The notes: generated by a model from the letters alone, not told the origin. A stretch of 63,789 bases of DNA, filler included, from Stramenopiles sp. TOSAG23-3 (GCA_900128585.1; 48 parts of 48 records of this genome joined end to end with filler, not necessarily neighbours in it); one strand, 5' to 3'; shown: positions 1 through 12,070, numbered from the whole stretch's first letter. Program-made: numbers and translations.

Positions 1-306
1 TCCTCCCCTCTTTCTTTTTTTTTTAATAATCTACTCGTAAAAATATAATAAATTAATCATCAATCAATCATCCTTCATTCCTATTATTTCATTCATCCAC
101 AATAAATAATAATAATAATATAATAATAAAAAAATATAAGAAAATAATAAAACAAATGAATGATTAAAAACAAAACGAAATACGTATTAAAAACATATTT
201 TAAGAAAAATATTTATTAATCGATCGCAACAACAACGTCTGTTCCATCTTGCAATCCAATTGCGTCTCGGTTTTGGTGCCGTGTTGCCGTTGTTTGCTAC
301 GAAAAC

Positions 307-1242
307 ATGGTCGATAGAGTCACTCCGAACAAAGCGCGGAAGCTCGTGCAGCAGACATGGAGGGGCAACAACCACTTCGTTCAACTGTGTGGGGGGCGCA
401 AAGTCATGCTTGTGAGGGGGGAGATGGTCCCTTTCATCTCCTTGTTTTTATTGACGCTTGTCTTTGTGACGTACTATGTGGCCGTGGAGCCTTATTTCGG
501 GCCTAGAACGTATTACATCACCACCGTTTTTTCTGGGCTATGTTGTGTTTTGAGTTATCAAAATTTTTGTTTGGCTTGGTTGAGCGACCCCGGGGTTATA
601 CCAAGGCGCCATGTGATCAAGTCAAAGTTCGCACTGTCCCTGGACATCAGCACGTCTCAGCGCTCGAAGCAAGTCCTTGTTATCAACGGGAAAAGGATGG
701 ACTTGCGATACTGCCGAACGTGCAACATCGTTCGCCCCCCGAGGGCACAGCACTGCATCGTTTGCAACAACTGCATCGAACGTTACGACCACCATTGCCC
801 GTGGGTTGGAAACTGTGTTGGTGGAAGAAATTACAGGTACTTTTACCGGTTCGTATCGGTTACGTTCCTTCTGGACGTTTACATGATCGTGATGGCATGC
901 CTGAAGATGGGCTGGCACGCCGACGGCTTCGGCGGCGGAATTGCGGCCGAGCCGTGGAATTTGGTGTTGGTAATATTCAATTTCTTGATGGGCCTGTTTG
1001 TTGGTGGACTGTGGGTGTTTCACACGTACCTGGTCTCGACGAACCAGACGACGTACGACAACCTTCGCCAGGCCAGGGTTGGGGCCTTTGGAACCGGCTG
1101 CGAGCTTCTTGCGGACCTGTTCTATCTGCAAGAACCTTCAAAAGTAAAACCGAACGATTACGTGGAAGGAAGGAAGGAAGGAAGGAAGGAAGGAAGGAAG
1201 GATGGATGGATAAAATTAAAAAAAGTCATTCTATTGCCTTAT
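307..1242 (+). CDS. DHHC-type palmitoyl acyltransferase (ZDHHC family); 3' end uncertain or truncated
   Basis: Cys-rich domain RYCRTCNIVRPPRAQHCIVCNNCIERYDHHCPWVGNCVGGRNYRYF, DPG motif, NQTTYD motif and 4 TM helices. The tail runs into a GGAA microsatellite. Confidence 0.95.
1164..1210 (+). repeat. (GGAA)n/(GGAT)n microsatellite
   Basis: Read directly from the sequence. Confidence 0.9.
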
Positions 1243-1342
1243 NNNNNNNNNNNNNNNNNNNNNNNNNNNNNNNNNNNNNNNNNNNNTTAATTAATTAANN
1301 NNNNNNNNNNNNNNNNNNNNNNNNNNNNNNNNNNNNNNNNNN
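1243..1342. other. Artificial contig spacer (N-run + TTAATTAATTAA + N-run); first of 47 in the window
   Basis: The same 100-bp pattern recurs about every 1.33 kb. The linker has stops in all six frames, and contig lengths fall steadily from about 1242 to about 1221 bp. Confidence 0.99.
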
Positions 1343-3419
1343 CTTCCCATTACCATGTGTTGCTCGTACGCTCATCGTGTTATCAAGTCCCGCAGCGTCC
1401 GCGGGGTACGTACAAGATTTATTGCCGCAAGAACAACTTTTGCTTAACTTTTTTCGTGAAAATCCCTTTGTGGAAAGTTGTCTGGATTCCTGATAACACA
1501 AACTTGCAGTCAATTATATCTTATGCTTCGCTTTCAAGAATGCAATACGTAACACAATACAGAGTATGGAATAACACACACCTCTTGAGAACAAGGCAAT
1601 TAAATAAACGGAATAGAAACCGAACGCATGTATAATACAATTTTATATTCTTATTTTTTTATTATTGAGTTGTTGTTGTTGTTTTTAGTTTTTTTTTAGT
1701 TTTAATAATCGTCTTCGTTCTCTCTCTTCACTTCTATTATATTGTTCAAACCAACATATTTTATACATCATAGTCTAGAATAATAATTAAATAACTGCTG
1801 GGGGGACATTTATTATTAGACCCTACTATTAATAGTTAAAATAGCATCGGACAACAGCGCATGTCTTGCAATGCGCGCACGTGAGACTCGACCGATGTAA
1901 CCGTTCTTTTGCGTCATTCCTATTCCATTCTATTGTATAACCGTGTTAGTCTATTAGTCTGTCTATATAATTTAATGGTTTAGATAGTCTAGGTACGAGG
2001 AGGAGTTGCAGTTTGTCAATTTCTACAAAGTATTTCTTGTTCCATTGAGTAGTCTAGTTATTAGTCTACGAGAAGTTAATATATATTTTATACAACTACA
2101 GACGACTAGTTATTTACAAATTAAAAAGAAGAGTATAGTGATTTGTGCATCACCCAATTGCACGCAAGTACGAGTTAAATTAAACCATTTCGAGGATCGA
2201 GGACTGCATAGACTAAAATTAATCAGCTTTATTATGACTACGAGGATTAGTAGTCCTCGTGAAGTCGTGCTTAGCCTCGACTCGACTCGTATAATATTAT
2301 AGTCGTCTTTTCATTTTGATTAGTCGTCTACGAGGATACGAGGAATCTACCGAGCTCTCGTACTCCTCGTACTCCTCATAGTAGTTTAACAAACAAACAA
2401 CTGTGTGTTCGAATGTCAGCAGTTGAACTTTCATAATAATTAATGCAGCAAGCAGAATATACGAACGTAAAATTTTTTTTATTTTATTATTATTTTTTTA
2501 TATTATACATTGAATAATATTAAAAGTTTTAACAGGTAAATAGCGATACATCCTTATTTTCATCGTCGCTTTTTTTTTTTTTTTNNNNNNNNNNNNNNNN
2601 NNNNNNNNNNNNNNNNNNNNNNNNNNNNTTAATTAATTAANNNNNNNNNNNNNNNNNNNNNNNNNNNNNNNNNNNNNNNNNNNNTGCAGATGGTACATTT
2701 CTCTCCTTGTTCACCAACCCTACCTCCGCCAAAAAGAAAGAAAAAAAACAACAAACTAACTAAGTGTACATACACTAGAGAGGTACGCTGTACATATAAA
2801 TACCCACACTCCCACAACCAACCAGGCACTAGCTACACAAGACCCACGTGATGAACGAACAAATGAATGAATTAAAGAGATAAATAAAAACAATTCTATT
2901 CAAACCGATGGACAAAACGTACACATTCTTTATCTAATCCTGTCATTCTTTTCCTACCTTATCTACAACCTTCGCCATTTTCTTGAAACTTGAAAATTGA
3001 AAATTGAAAGTATATAGAATCTTTTGTGACGTCTTTTCTTCTTCTTCTTTCTTCGATGTGAAGAAGAAGAATGATTTTTTGATCTCATCGCGCGGGAAAC
3101 GACAAGGACCATTTCTATAACCCTATTTATAACACATAGGGTTACACATAATGTTATAATTAGGGTATATAGATGGCCACAAAAAAAAACAACAATTTTG
3201 TTGTTGTTTTTTTTTGATGGAAGAAATATTTTTGGAAAATTGGAGGAACATGTGGACGAATGCGATTTCCTAAAAAAAGAAGAGAAGGTTATTTATACGT
3301 TTGAATGAAATTGAAAGGAAAGTATTTGATGCAATTAGTTCGACTAGATTTGATACGGAAGTTTATTACGGATTATTGTTATTTTCTTTTTGTTCGTTTA
3401 TTGTATTCTTTTCTTGAGC

Positions 3420-3926
3420 ATGGGACGAAAGCGAAAGCATGGTGGCGGAGGGGACGGGTGTAAGAAGAAGGGAAAGGGGAGTTCTTTGGTCGCGAGGGCA
3501 AAGCTGTTACGGCAGCAGAGTCATATGCGGGGGAAAGACATTAGCGTTTTGAAACGAAAGGAGGAGGCATGGGTCCAGGTAAGAAACAAGTACCAGCGTT
3601 CTATTGCGAGAATCCCTTACCTTCCGCAGATGGACACGCTGCTTGTGGGGGAGGGAAACTTCAGTTTTGCGCGGGCGTTGACGCGACACTTTCAGCGGCT
3701 GCGCGAAAAGAGGGAGCGGCGGCAGGCAAAGTGGGAGGCGAAGAAGGAGGACGAGGCCAGTGCCACCACCGCCACAAACACGGGAAAAGGAAGTGCCGAC
3801 GATGCGGCGGTGGACACGGAAAAGGCCGCAAAGGCGCTTGAGGACGCCGTCTACTTGGCCCAGATGCCAGCGACCGTATACTCGACGACGTCGGTCGCCG
3901 GCTTGAAAAAAGCTCGCCGGCTGGCC
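3420..3926 (+). CDS. DUF2431 / BMT5-like rRNA (uridine-N3) methyltransferase, N-terminal part (3' truncated)
   Basis: TLLVGEGNFSFARAL signature of DUF2431 (BMT5/FDXACB1) and a basic N-terminus (MGRKRKH). Confidence 0.8.
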
Positions 3927-4027
3927 NNNNNNNNNNNNNNNNNNNNNNNNNNNNNNNNNNNNNNNNNNNNTTAATTAATTAANNNNNNNNNNNNNNNNNN
4001 NNNNNNNNNNNNNNNNNNNNNNNNNNG

Positions 4028-4110
4028 TGCAACGTGAATGATCTCAACGAGATGACCCTTCTCCACAATTTGCGACAACGGTTTAAGCAGCAGAAGATAT
4101 ACACTAGCTT
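4028..4110 (+). CDS. Fragment of myosin motor domain N-terminus (out of frame with the downstream tail)
   Basis: Translates as CNVNDLNEMTLLHNLRQRFKQQKIYTS, matching the myosin head motif L.E..LL.NL..RF....IYT. Confidence 0.75.
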
Positions 4111-5268
4111 TCAGTAATCAAAAAGAGTCTTACCGATTTGCCGTCGGCGTTCCAGAAAAAATCCACCAGCATCCATAAGTGCATCCTCGGATATTCTAGG
4201 GATAAAAGCATGGCTTTCCCTGCTATGCTGGCACAAAATGTCCTAAAATTAGGAATAGAAAACAACGATCTCTGCGATGAAATATACGTTCAGATTGTCA
4301 AGCAGCTATCCGAAAACCCAAAACAAGAAAGCGTCGAGCGAGTTTGGCAGTTGATGTGCATGTGCGTGGGTACGTTCCCACCATCTGCTGAATTTGAATT
4401 TTTCTTGCTGCACTTCATCGTTAACGCATTGGGCAGTACAGGGATCGTTTCGGACTATGCTAAATATGCTTACCGGCGCTTGGAGGGGATACTATCCCAA
4501 GGTGCTTCTGGTTTTGTTCCAACGGTAGAAGAAATTGATGCGTACAACGACCGACCGCCAATTCTGGTTTCGATTCTTCTGGTAGATGGAAGTCCCCTGA
4601 CAGAAAACTTGCCAATTACCCCCGATTTGAATGTAGGCAAGATCTTGGAAATCTGCAACCATTTCTTGGATGTCGAAGATGAAAGAAAGAAGCACTTTGG
4701 CATCTTTGCTGTTCGCACAGCAGCATCTTCGTTCGCCTATTCTCCAGAACCGCTGAAAAACACTGAGTTCATGGGCGACATTATTGCCAAAGCCAGCCGC
4801 CGTGATGAAAGCATAAAATTCGTTTTCAAAAGAAAAATTGTGCTGAAGAAGCATGAAGTTGAGTCTGAAGACGATATGTTTTTGAGGTTGATGCTGTTGC
4901 AAGCCGTTGATAACTTTATTGAGGGTTTGTATTATATTGAAAACGAAGAAGAAGTTTGCAAAATGGTAGCAAAAACGGTATTTTGCGATGTTGATGGCGA
5001 GTGGCCAGAATCTGTAGCCGATTTAGTCGAAGATGCATGCTTGATAGAGTACGTACCGAAAGCAATCAGGGAAAACTTCAGTGACAATGAATGGGGTGAA
5101 AAGATTTTCTCGTTCGGCGAAACGTTAGACGACCCCACTGACGTTCAAGATGAGGTCCTTCAGTGGGCTACTGAACAGCCATTTTTCGGCTGCCTGCGAT
5201 TTCACTGCACTTTGGAGCCCCCAAAAGAAGGCCAGACTGCTGGCTTGGACATCTTACGTTCTCTGCCG
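4108..5268 (+). CDS. MyTH4-FERM domain region (unconventional myosin tail), partial
   Basis: MyTH4 motifs LCDEIYVQIVKQLSENP and VWQLMCMCVGTFPPS, followed by a FERM-like region (FVFKRKIVL, LMLLQAV, QPFFGC). Confidence 0.9.
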
Positions 5269-5481
5269 NNNNNNNNNNNNNNNNNNNNNNNNNNNNNNNN
5301 NNNNNNNNNNNNTTAATTAATTAANNNNNNNNNNNNNNNNNNNNNNNNNNNNNNNNNNNNNNNNNNNNTGTTCGTTCATCAAAAAAAAAGAAGACAAAGA
5401 AGGCAAAGAAGAAAACAGAACACGAAAACAATTTGGAGCACGGCATTTCCACGATGGAAGACGTGGATGGAATAGACATGG

Positions 5482-6610
5482 GTGACTTTGCCTTGCAGGA
5501 TGATGGAACAGGTCGACGCCAGTGCACACTCGTCGGCAGCCCATGGCAAGCGTCTTATGTCAACCAGCAACGACTCATGTTTCCACATGGTGGGAAACGG
5601 CCAAAATGTCATGAATTACTTTTCTAATTGCTTTGACAGCGTTATTGTTGAAAAGTGCTACTTTCATTTAGAGGCAGAAGCCCCCAACCCAAAATTAAAC
5701 AGCAAGCAAGTAAAAAAACTAGAAACAAAACGGGAGGATGGTTTGGTAAAAGACTTTGCCCTCCTATCGGACATGTTTGAAAGCACCTGGAAAGGTGATA
5801 CAAGCACAGATTTCCCAGAAAGGGGTCCCGATGATGACTTCTCCAACGATTATTATGAGTCCATGCCCCGAAACGACTATTCGTTATGGCCAAACGGTTC
5901 TTTGGTTGTGGCCAGCTTAGGCGAACGTGGCCACGAGGTCGCCAAAGTTTTAAAGATGAAGGATACGAACGCCAGGGCCAATACTGTGTACACTCGTGGA
6001 AACAGGGTAGACTCTGCATTCAAGTCGCACCAGGAAGGATTTAACTCCATTTTCTTGATCGTAGACATTGTTTCAGACGCTGAAAACTTCAAGAATTTTT
6101 TAGAGAAAGACCGAAAGGGTTTGCCCTTGACGGTTGTCGGTATATTACCTGGAGACCAGGATGGGACTGAGAAATGGGCCCAGGTTGCCGACTTTTTGTG
6201 CGCCGAACTCACAGAAGCTGACATGACCATATTCATCCAAGCACCTGGTGGGGTTGTCAGCAGCCACACGTACTGGTTTTTGTTAAATATTATAAATTGC
6301 CCAACATGCTTGAGTACTGTAGCAAAGCACATGAACCCGTTTAAGGAGGTTCACCATGCAGTCGGATTCGTGGCAATGAGTGGTATTGGCTTCATGCCTT
6401 TAACGTCCGTGTCTCTGTCTGCAGACGAGAGAGAAGATCTCAACTTAAGCGTGTATGCGTCGTGGTGCATTTTTCGAGGGCAAGGCGGTCTTGGGGATGG
6501 GTTCGATGGAAAAGACGAGATGGAATCGCAGCAGGGCATAGAAAAAGCCGTCATGGATTTCACCCAAGCCCGAACTCCACTGTCGCCATTTGTATCGGCA
6601 ACGGCATCGA
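5482..6610 (+). CDS. Uncharacterised protein with possible degenerate tubulin-like domain (partial)
   Basis: Long ORF whose segments line up in order with tubulin motifs (see findings) but which lacks GGGTGSG. Confidence 0.45.
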
Positions 6611-6728
6611 NNNNNNNNNNNNNNNNNNNNNNNNNNNNNNNNNNNNNNNNNNNNTTAATTAATTAANNNNNNNNNNNNNNNNNNNNNNNNNNNNNNNNNN
6701 NNNNNNNNNNCGTAAGAAGAGAAGGGAG

Positions 6729-7247
6729 ATGACGGCGGAAGAAAAGGCGGAAAAGGAGAGGGAGCGGGCCGAGAAGAGAAAAGAGGACCAAAGGATAAGG
6801 GACGAAACCAATGCATTGTTCACAAAGCGGCAGCTTACGCGTTCTCTGTACGAAGAAAGTATGCCCAGCAGTACAAGGCTGACAAAGCGAAAGCAAGTGG
6901 TGGATGCATTTTATGAATGGGAGGATGAGGCCAGTGGAAGTGATGACAGATTTGAAACTTTTCTTCAGTCGTGTGATGGCTACATCAAGAACTTTTACTT
7001 GGAAATGGGAGAATTGGAAAATCAAAAGTTGTTCTTCCAACACCATTTTGTGAACAATTATATGGGTTCCAATTGCAATCGTGGGGAGGCGTTAGAAAAA
7101 ACGTGGAAAACGTTTAACTCGACTTTTAAAACGATCCAACGGTCAGGGTTACCAGTGAAAAACCACTTGTCAGAACTTCCGAATGAAGCGATTGTTCCAG
7201 TAGACGTACCCAGTGCGGCGATGAAACGCTTGCTAACAAGTTCCTAA
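6729..7247 (+). CDS. Hypothetical protein (possibly 5' truncated)
   Basis: 172-aa ORF with coding-like composition, followed by an AT-rich UTR. Confidence 0.55.
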   Translation: MTAEEKAEKERERAEKRKEDQRIRDETNALFTKRQLTRSLYEESMPSSTRLTKRKQVVDAFYEWEDEASGSDDRFETFLQSCDGYIKNFYLEMGELENQKLFFQHHFVNNYMGSNCNRGEALEKTWKTFNSTFKTIQRSGLPVKNHLSELPNEAIVPVDVPSAAMKRLLTSS

Positions 7248-7384
7248 AATTAAGAATACCATGGCAGATTACATAAATTACGAAGTCTCGTCTTCAATTT
7301 AGTTCTTAAAAAATATGTTCACAGTATGTGAAGGAACGTAAACATTTAATGGACAAAAAAGGAGACAACAATATAGTGATTGAC

Positions 7385-7594
7385 GAAGAAGAAAGAAGAA
7401 AGAAGAAAGAAGAAGTGGAAAAAAAGAAGCAAGGAAGAAGAAGAAAGAAGAAAGAAGAAAGAAGAAAGAAGAAGAAGAAAAGAAGCAAGAAGAAGGAAAA
7501 GAAGCAAGAAGCAAGAAGCAAGAAGCAAGAAGCAAGAAGAAGAAGAAAGAAGAAGAAGAAGAAGAAGAAAAGAAGCAAGAAAGAAGCAAGAAGA
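7385..7594 (+). repeat. Degenerate (GAA)n/(AAGAAGC)n purine microsatellite
   Basis: Read directly; it explains the spurious K/R/E-rich and F/S/L-rich ORFs here. Confidence 0.95.
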
Positions 7595-8051
7595 TAGAAG
7601 TCGCACTGCTGCACGAGGAGGTACGTAGCGGTAGTTTGTAATTTTAATGATGTAAAATAATAATTACATTATTCTTTGTGTACAAAAGTGAGGAAAAGGT
7701 AATACAGATGGACGGCTGTAAAGAATACGGCAGGTTAAAGATGTAACATTTAGTTGGTTGTTGCACGTTTAAGTTGATAGACATTATTGTGCAGTGTATT
7801 GGTATCATTTGTGTTTTAGGTTGAGAGTGTTTAGGTGTACTGTTAGAATTGTTGACAATCTTCTAACGATGCCAAGGAAAGGAACTAAACGTATAGTTCA
7901 CCCACAAATCAAGAACGCCGACGAGACTATTAGAACTCGCTTTCAAAACGANNNNNNNNNNNNNNNNNNNNNNNNNNNNNNNNNNNNNNNNNNNNTTAAT
8001 TAATTAANNNNNNNNNNNNNNNNNNNNNNNNNNNNNNNNNNNNNNNNNNNN

Positions 8052-8755
8052 AAAACAATACAACCGAAACCCCATATATCGTATGTTTTTGAGCATGAGT
8101 CCAGATGGTTCTCAATTAACAGCCTGACTGTGGCTGTTTCTTTGCACTTGATTGCATGATGAAGTGGTAGGTTGCCTAAAGAGTCTGTTTTTCGGACTGC
8201 ATTTGGGTACTGCTTATAAATTAAATCTATTCCTTTCTTCGCAACGCCATTTTTACACGCCATGTGGAGCGCATACATTCCTTCTTGGCTTTTGATGGAA
8301 CACACGGCACCATCATCTGAGATAATTTTAGCCAATTTATCCAGCCGATTCTGTTCATTTAGAAATTTGTTCTTCTGTCCCCATTCTTCCAATAGTTTCC
8401 GAAATTCATGGTCCGTTTGTGATAAATTTATGAACCGGATCAAATCTTTCTTGCAAAATTTTCGGGCTATTTCCCTTAATTTGCGGTCAACTTTCCATCC
8501 ATGTTTCAAAAGCACTTTCACAATGATCGTATGACCACAAAAGCACGCTATGTGAATGCATTTCATCCCCTCGGCGTAGACGTAATCTCGTGAGTACTTT
8601 TTAGGAGAAATATTGTCTACCATTACTATCTTATCTTCCAGCCCTTCGACCTTCAACTGCTTGTTGAGAGATATGGCCCAATCCACCGCATTCAAATCTC
8701 CGTTTTGGCAGGCAATGTACAAAGCGTCATCATGCGACAAACCATGCGTTTCCAT
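8052..8755 (-). CDS. Ankyrin-repeat protein (3' truncated)
   Basis: ALYIACQNGDLNAV, CIHIACFCGHTIIVKVLL, YALHMACKNG, GNLPLHHAI. Confidence 0.85.
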
Positions 8756-9431
8756 TGAACAGTTCTGACTGAGCTAGACGGCAAAGCACTCAATGAAATT
8801 GAGGCTCAAAACAGAATGTAGGAGTTCAAAACCAGGAGAAATGTTTCTGTGGCTAAAACACTCGGCGCAGCTATTTCAATAAATTGTCGTCGTGTTGGAA
8901 AAGATTTCAATGTGTGTGGTCACCAGTACATTTTAATGCACAATTGGAATTGCCAAATAATCAACAAATGAAAACAAAAGAATATAAATACACAGTAATG
9001 AAATTTTCTTACTTCATTTAATTAATACCAGGTTCAATGTACACTACAAATCCGATTTTGTGTCCAGAGACCAGAGAGGGACGAGGGACGTGAACTTTTT
9101 TTTATTAAAAAACTAGCAGGGAGTTAGTGTTACGCAAAATAACATCTAATAACAACATCTTCTAAAATGACGAAAATTTTCTAAGATAAATTCTTAGTTC
9201 TTTTTTTTTTTTAATAGAAGATATTTTTAATATTTATTCTAGTCGTTCTATTTAAAATATTTAAAATATTTTACCGTTTGTTTTTTTGTTANNNNNNNNN
9301 NNNNNNNNNNNNNNNNNNNNNNNNNNNNNNNNNNNTTAATTAATTAANNNNNNNNNNNNNNNNNNNNNNNNNNNNNNNNNNNNNNNNNNNNAAACCACCC
9401 CCTGAACCGGCTAGCATATGGGACGATTGTT

Positions 9432-9818
9432 TCAGTTGAACTTGAGCGTTATCTTTCCACTTTTTGTAGACAGGTTTCTGCCGTGTTTTTCCCACTCGTC
9501 TTTTATAGACTTTTTGTAGCGGCTGTTCTTTTTTACAATATCTTTTTTGTTGACTCTATCTTTGAGGATAAAGTAGTAATCAAAGGTATCGTCGTCTCCA
9601 CTGAGCTGGGTCATCTTGTAGAAGACGCCCTTTTTGTACTCAAGCTTCGACGTAATGGAACGGTCGCAACTTAATCGGTCTTTGCCGATTTCAATTTTTT
9701 TGCGGTCTTTGTAGAACCACAAACGAACCCAGTCCTCTTTGTCCCTATGTTCGTGCTCCTTGTCGGTGACCGAACTGGGAACGTAGTAGTTGACGCTATC
9801 GATTTGGATAACCGACAT
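9432..9818 (-). CDS. Hypothetical protein, probably viral (PLV-associated)
   Basis: 128-aa complete ORF divergent from the packaging ATPase across only 38 bp. Confidence 0.65.
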   Translation of the reverse strand: MSVIQIDSVNYYVPSSVTDKEHEHRDKEDWVRLWFYKDRKKIEIGKDRLSCDRSITSKLEYKKGVFYKMTQLSGDDDTFDYYFILKDRVNKKDIVKKNSRYKKSIKDEWEKHGRNLSTKSGKITLKFN

Positions 9819-9856
9819 CTATACAATAAGTATATAAATTATCTCAGGTATAGTAA

Positions 9857-10609
9857 ATGGAAAATGACGAGTTAAACATCATTCCAATAAAGGACGATGA
9901 AGACGAAATCAAACGGGGTAAAAAGAAACAGCTACACCCACACTTACCCGACATATACAAAGGTGAACTGCTTGCAATAATCGCCCCAATCCGTAGTGGC
10001 AAGTCGGTACTTTGGAACAACCTGCTACTGTCAGACGCTTTCTTCAACGATATGTTTTCATCGGTGAACATCATAAGCAATACCATCGCTTCTGACAAAT
10101 CTAGCAGGTTCAGTTACAAAAAATTTAAGAACACCTGTCACGACATGTACGACGACTCGATAATTAAAAATTTAATCAAGCGACAAAAGACAAAGATAGA
10201 CAACAACGACGAGGATACAAGTTTCTGTTTGATACTAGACGACTTGCTGAATCAGTTTTCAAAGACAGGAAGGAGGGGACAAGAAGCGATTTCGTTTGCT
10301 AGTCGTTTTAGACACTACCGAAAAATGCCAGACCCAGCCATGCTGCTCTACTCGACCCAGAGGTACTTTGACTTAAATAGGGTTGTTCGAAACAATGCTA
10401 CTGGACTAATGTTTAGCGGAAACATAAAGAGCACAAAGGAATGGGAGGATATCATGGACGACTTCGCCGATGCTTTTGAAGGAAGAAAGCACTTCGAGGA
10501 GATGATAAAGGTCGTACAACAGAAACCGTTTCAATGGTTGTACTTAAAAATGGACAGGACTCCACCAGAGGCGTACCTCAACTTTACGACAAAGCTTTAC
10601 CCAAAATAA
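9857..10609 (+). CDS. A32/FtsK-HerA-like DNA packaging ATPase of Polinton-like virus/virophage type
   Basis: LHPHLP leader, Walker A APIRSGKS, Walker B LILDD, Arg finger SRFRHY, STQ motif and VRNN; 250 aa. Confidence 0.88.
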   Translation: MENDELNIIPIKDDEDEIKRGKKKQLHPHLPDIYKGELLAIIAPIRSGKSVLWNNLLLSDAFFNDMFSSVNIISNTIASDKSSRFSYKKFKNTCHDMYDDSIIKNLIKRQKTKIDNNDEDTSFCLILDDLLNQFSKTGRRGQEAISFASRFRHYRKMPDPAMLLYSTQRYFDLNRVVRNNATGLMFSGNIKSTKEWEDIMDDFADAFEGRKHFEEMIKVVQQKPFQWLYLKMDRTPPEAYLNFTTKLYPK

Positions 10610-10731
10610 TATGTTTAAATATAAATATAATNNNNNNNNNNNNNNNNNNNNNNNNNNNNNNNNNNNNNNNNNNNNTTAATTAATTAANNNNNNNNNNNNN
10701 NNNNNNNNNNNNNNNNNNNNNNNNNNNNNNN

Positions 10732-11970
10732 ATTGCAGCTTTTGCAAGGGAGTGTCCCGCCAGCATGAAGTCTTGCTTGGGCCCAAAGGCACTCCGAGTC
10801 CTAGCCCGCATAGCACGTTCTATGTCATGGGCAGAATCATCGTAGAGCCCACGAACGAACGGAATTTGGTATATAGTCTCATCGTAGTCTTCCAGACCTC
10901 CAGTTTTTTTCCGATTTTTATTGCCACCCTTCATGCCTTCTGCTAATTCTACCATCTGTTTTTCTTTCAGAATTTGGCTCTTATCTTTTGCAACTGCATT
11001 CGCTGCACTGTCGACCATTTTCTCGTCGTGACTCGAGGAGATCCAGTCCATAAAGGACGACACTATATAAAGGGCCATAAAGGATCCCGCAGCGCAAAGC
11101 ATCCACATGCTGAATTCCAGCACACCAATCTGCCCATTTTGTATAATATTGATGTACACGCCATAATCATAAATCACCTTACTGACCAGCCCCGTGGTCG
11201 GGTCCAGAATCTTTTTCCCATCGAGTTTACCCCTCATACCCGGAACTTGCGCCACCCTAATTTCTGCAGTCGGCACGTAAGAAAAGGCTCCTATGTCCAT
11301 TGGTGTTCTGGGAAAATTGTAGTACTCGACCGTGACGCCCAGCACCACACCCGTTTGCCTGTACGTAGACTCAGGCACAGATATCTTTTTCTGCGTATAA
11401 AACCCGTCTTTGTTCACCTTGTCCAGGCTGACAATACTAGTGGCAATCAAATCACCAATGGTCCCCCACTCAATTTTCCCCTGCCCGCTCATTGCCCGGT
11501 TGTCGGATCTAAACACCTTAATACCGTCCGTAAACGTCCTCACTTGCTCGATTTCAGTGAGCTTTATTCCAAAGGTCAAATACTCAGGATGCTTTGTGTA
11601 GTAATAATTCTTGGCCCCCGTTGACAGGTCCTCGACGACCCTCAACGTGCGAATAAAGAACCCGCTTGGCGTCCGCTCTGCGATACAACTTACGCGCGCA
11701 CAAGGCTCGCAACTTGACGCAGTCGTGTCTCCCGCAAAGCCGTTAACTTCCGGTGCCTCAGGGTACAAGTCTTTGTCAAAACCCTTTGGGGCCCCCTTAC
11801 TGCAATAGGCAGGTGTTGGAATGTTTACTAGTTTCGCATCGAACTCGTTACTGCTGTTATAGGCGTACGGCAACACCAAGCTTTCTGGATTGTGGAGGCG
11901 ATACATATTCGGAGTTCCAAACATTTGGTAAACGGTGTATAAGAGCGAGAGAACCACACAACATCCAAAT
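10732..11970 (-). CDS. P2X-receptor-like ion channel (partial)
   Basis: TM1, a Cys-containing ectodomain, then YGVYINIIQNGQIGVLEF + TM2 ending in ..FMDWI, matching P2X YGI.....G..G.F...TM2..D. Confidence 0.7.
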
Positions 11971-12070
11971 NNNNNNNNNNNNNNNNNNNNNNNNNNNNNN
12001 NNNNNNNNNNNNNNTTAATTAATTAANNNNNNNNNNNNNNNNNNNNNNNNNNNNNNNNNNNNNNNNNNNN

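Noticed and set aside
540-1298. Long alternative-frame and antisense ORFs over GC-rich genes (also 24678-25256, 39343-39996, 62521-63180)
   Set aside because: Shadow ORFs of better-supported genes.
1844-1898. Small GC-rich stem-loop (GCATCGG/CCGATGT enclosing GCGCAT/ATGCGC)
   Set aside because: Short stems with no recognisable RNA family motif.
3115-3215. Imperfect palindromes upstream of the DUF2431 gene
   Set aside because: AT-rich and imperfect; plausible by chance.
7299-7628. Several K/R/E-rich and F/S/L-rich ORFs (also 23157-23570 and 61196-61486)
   Set aside because: Translations of GAA/TTC microsatellites and A-rich runs.
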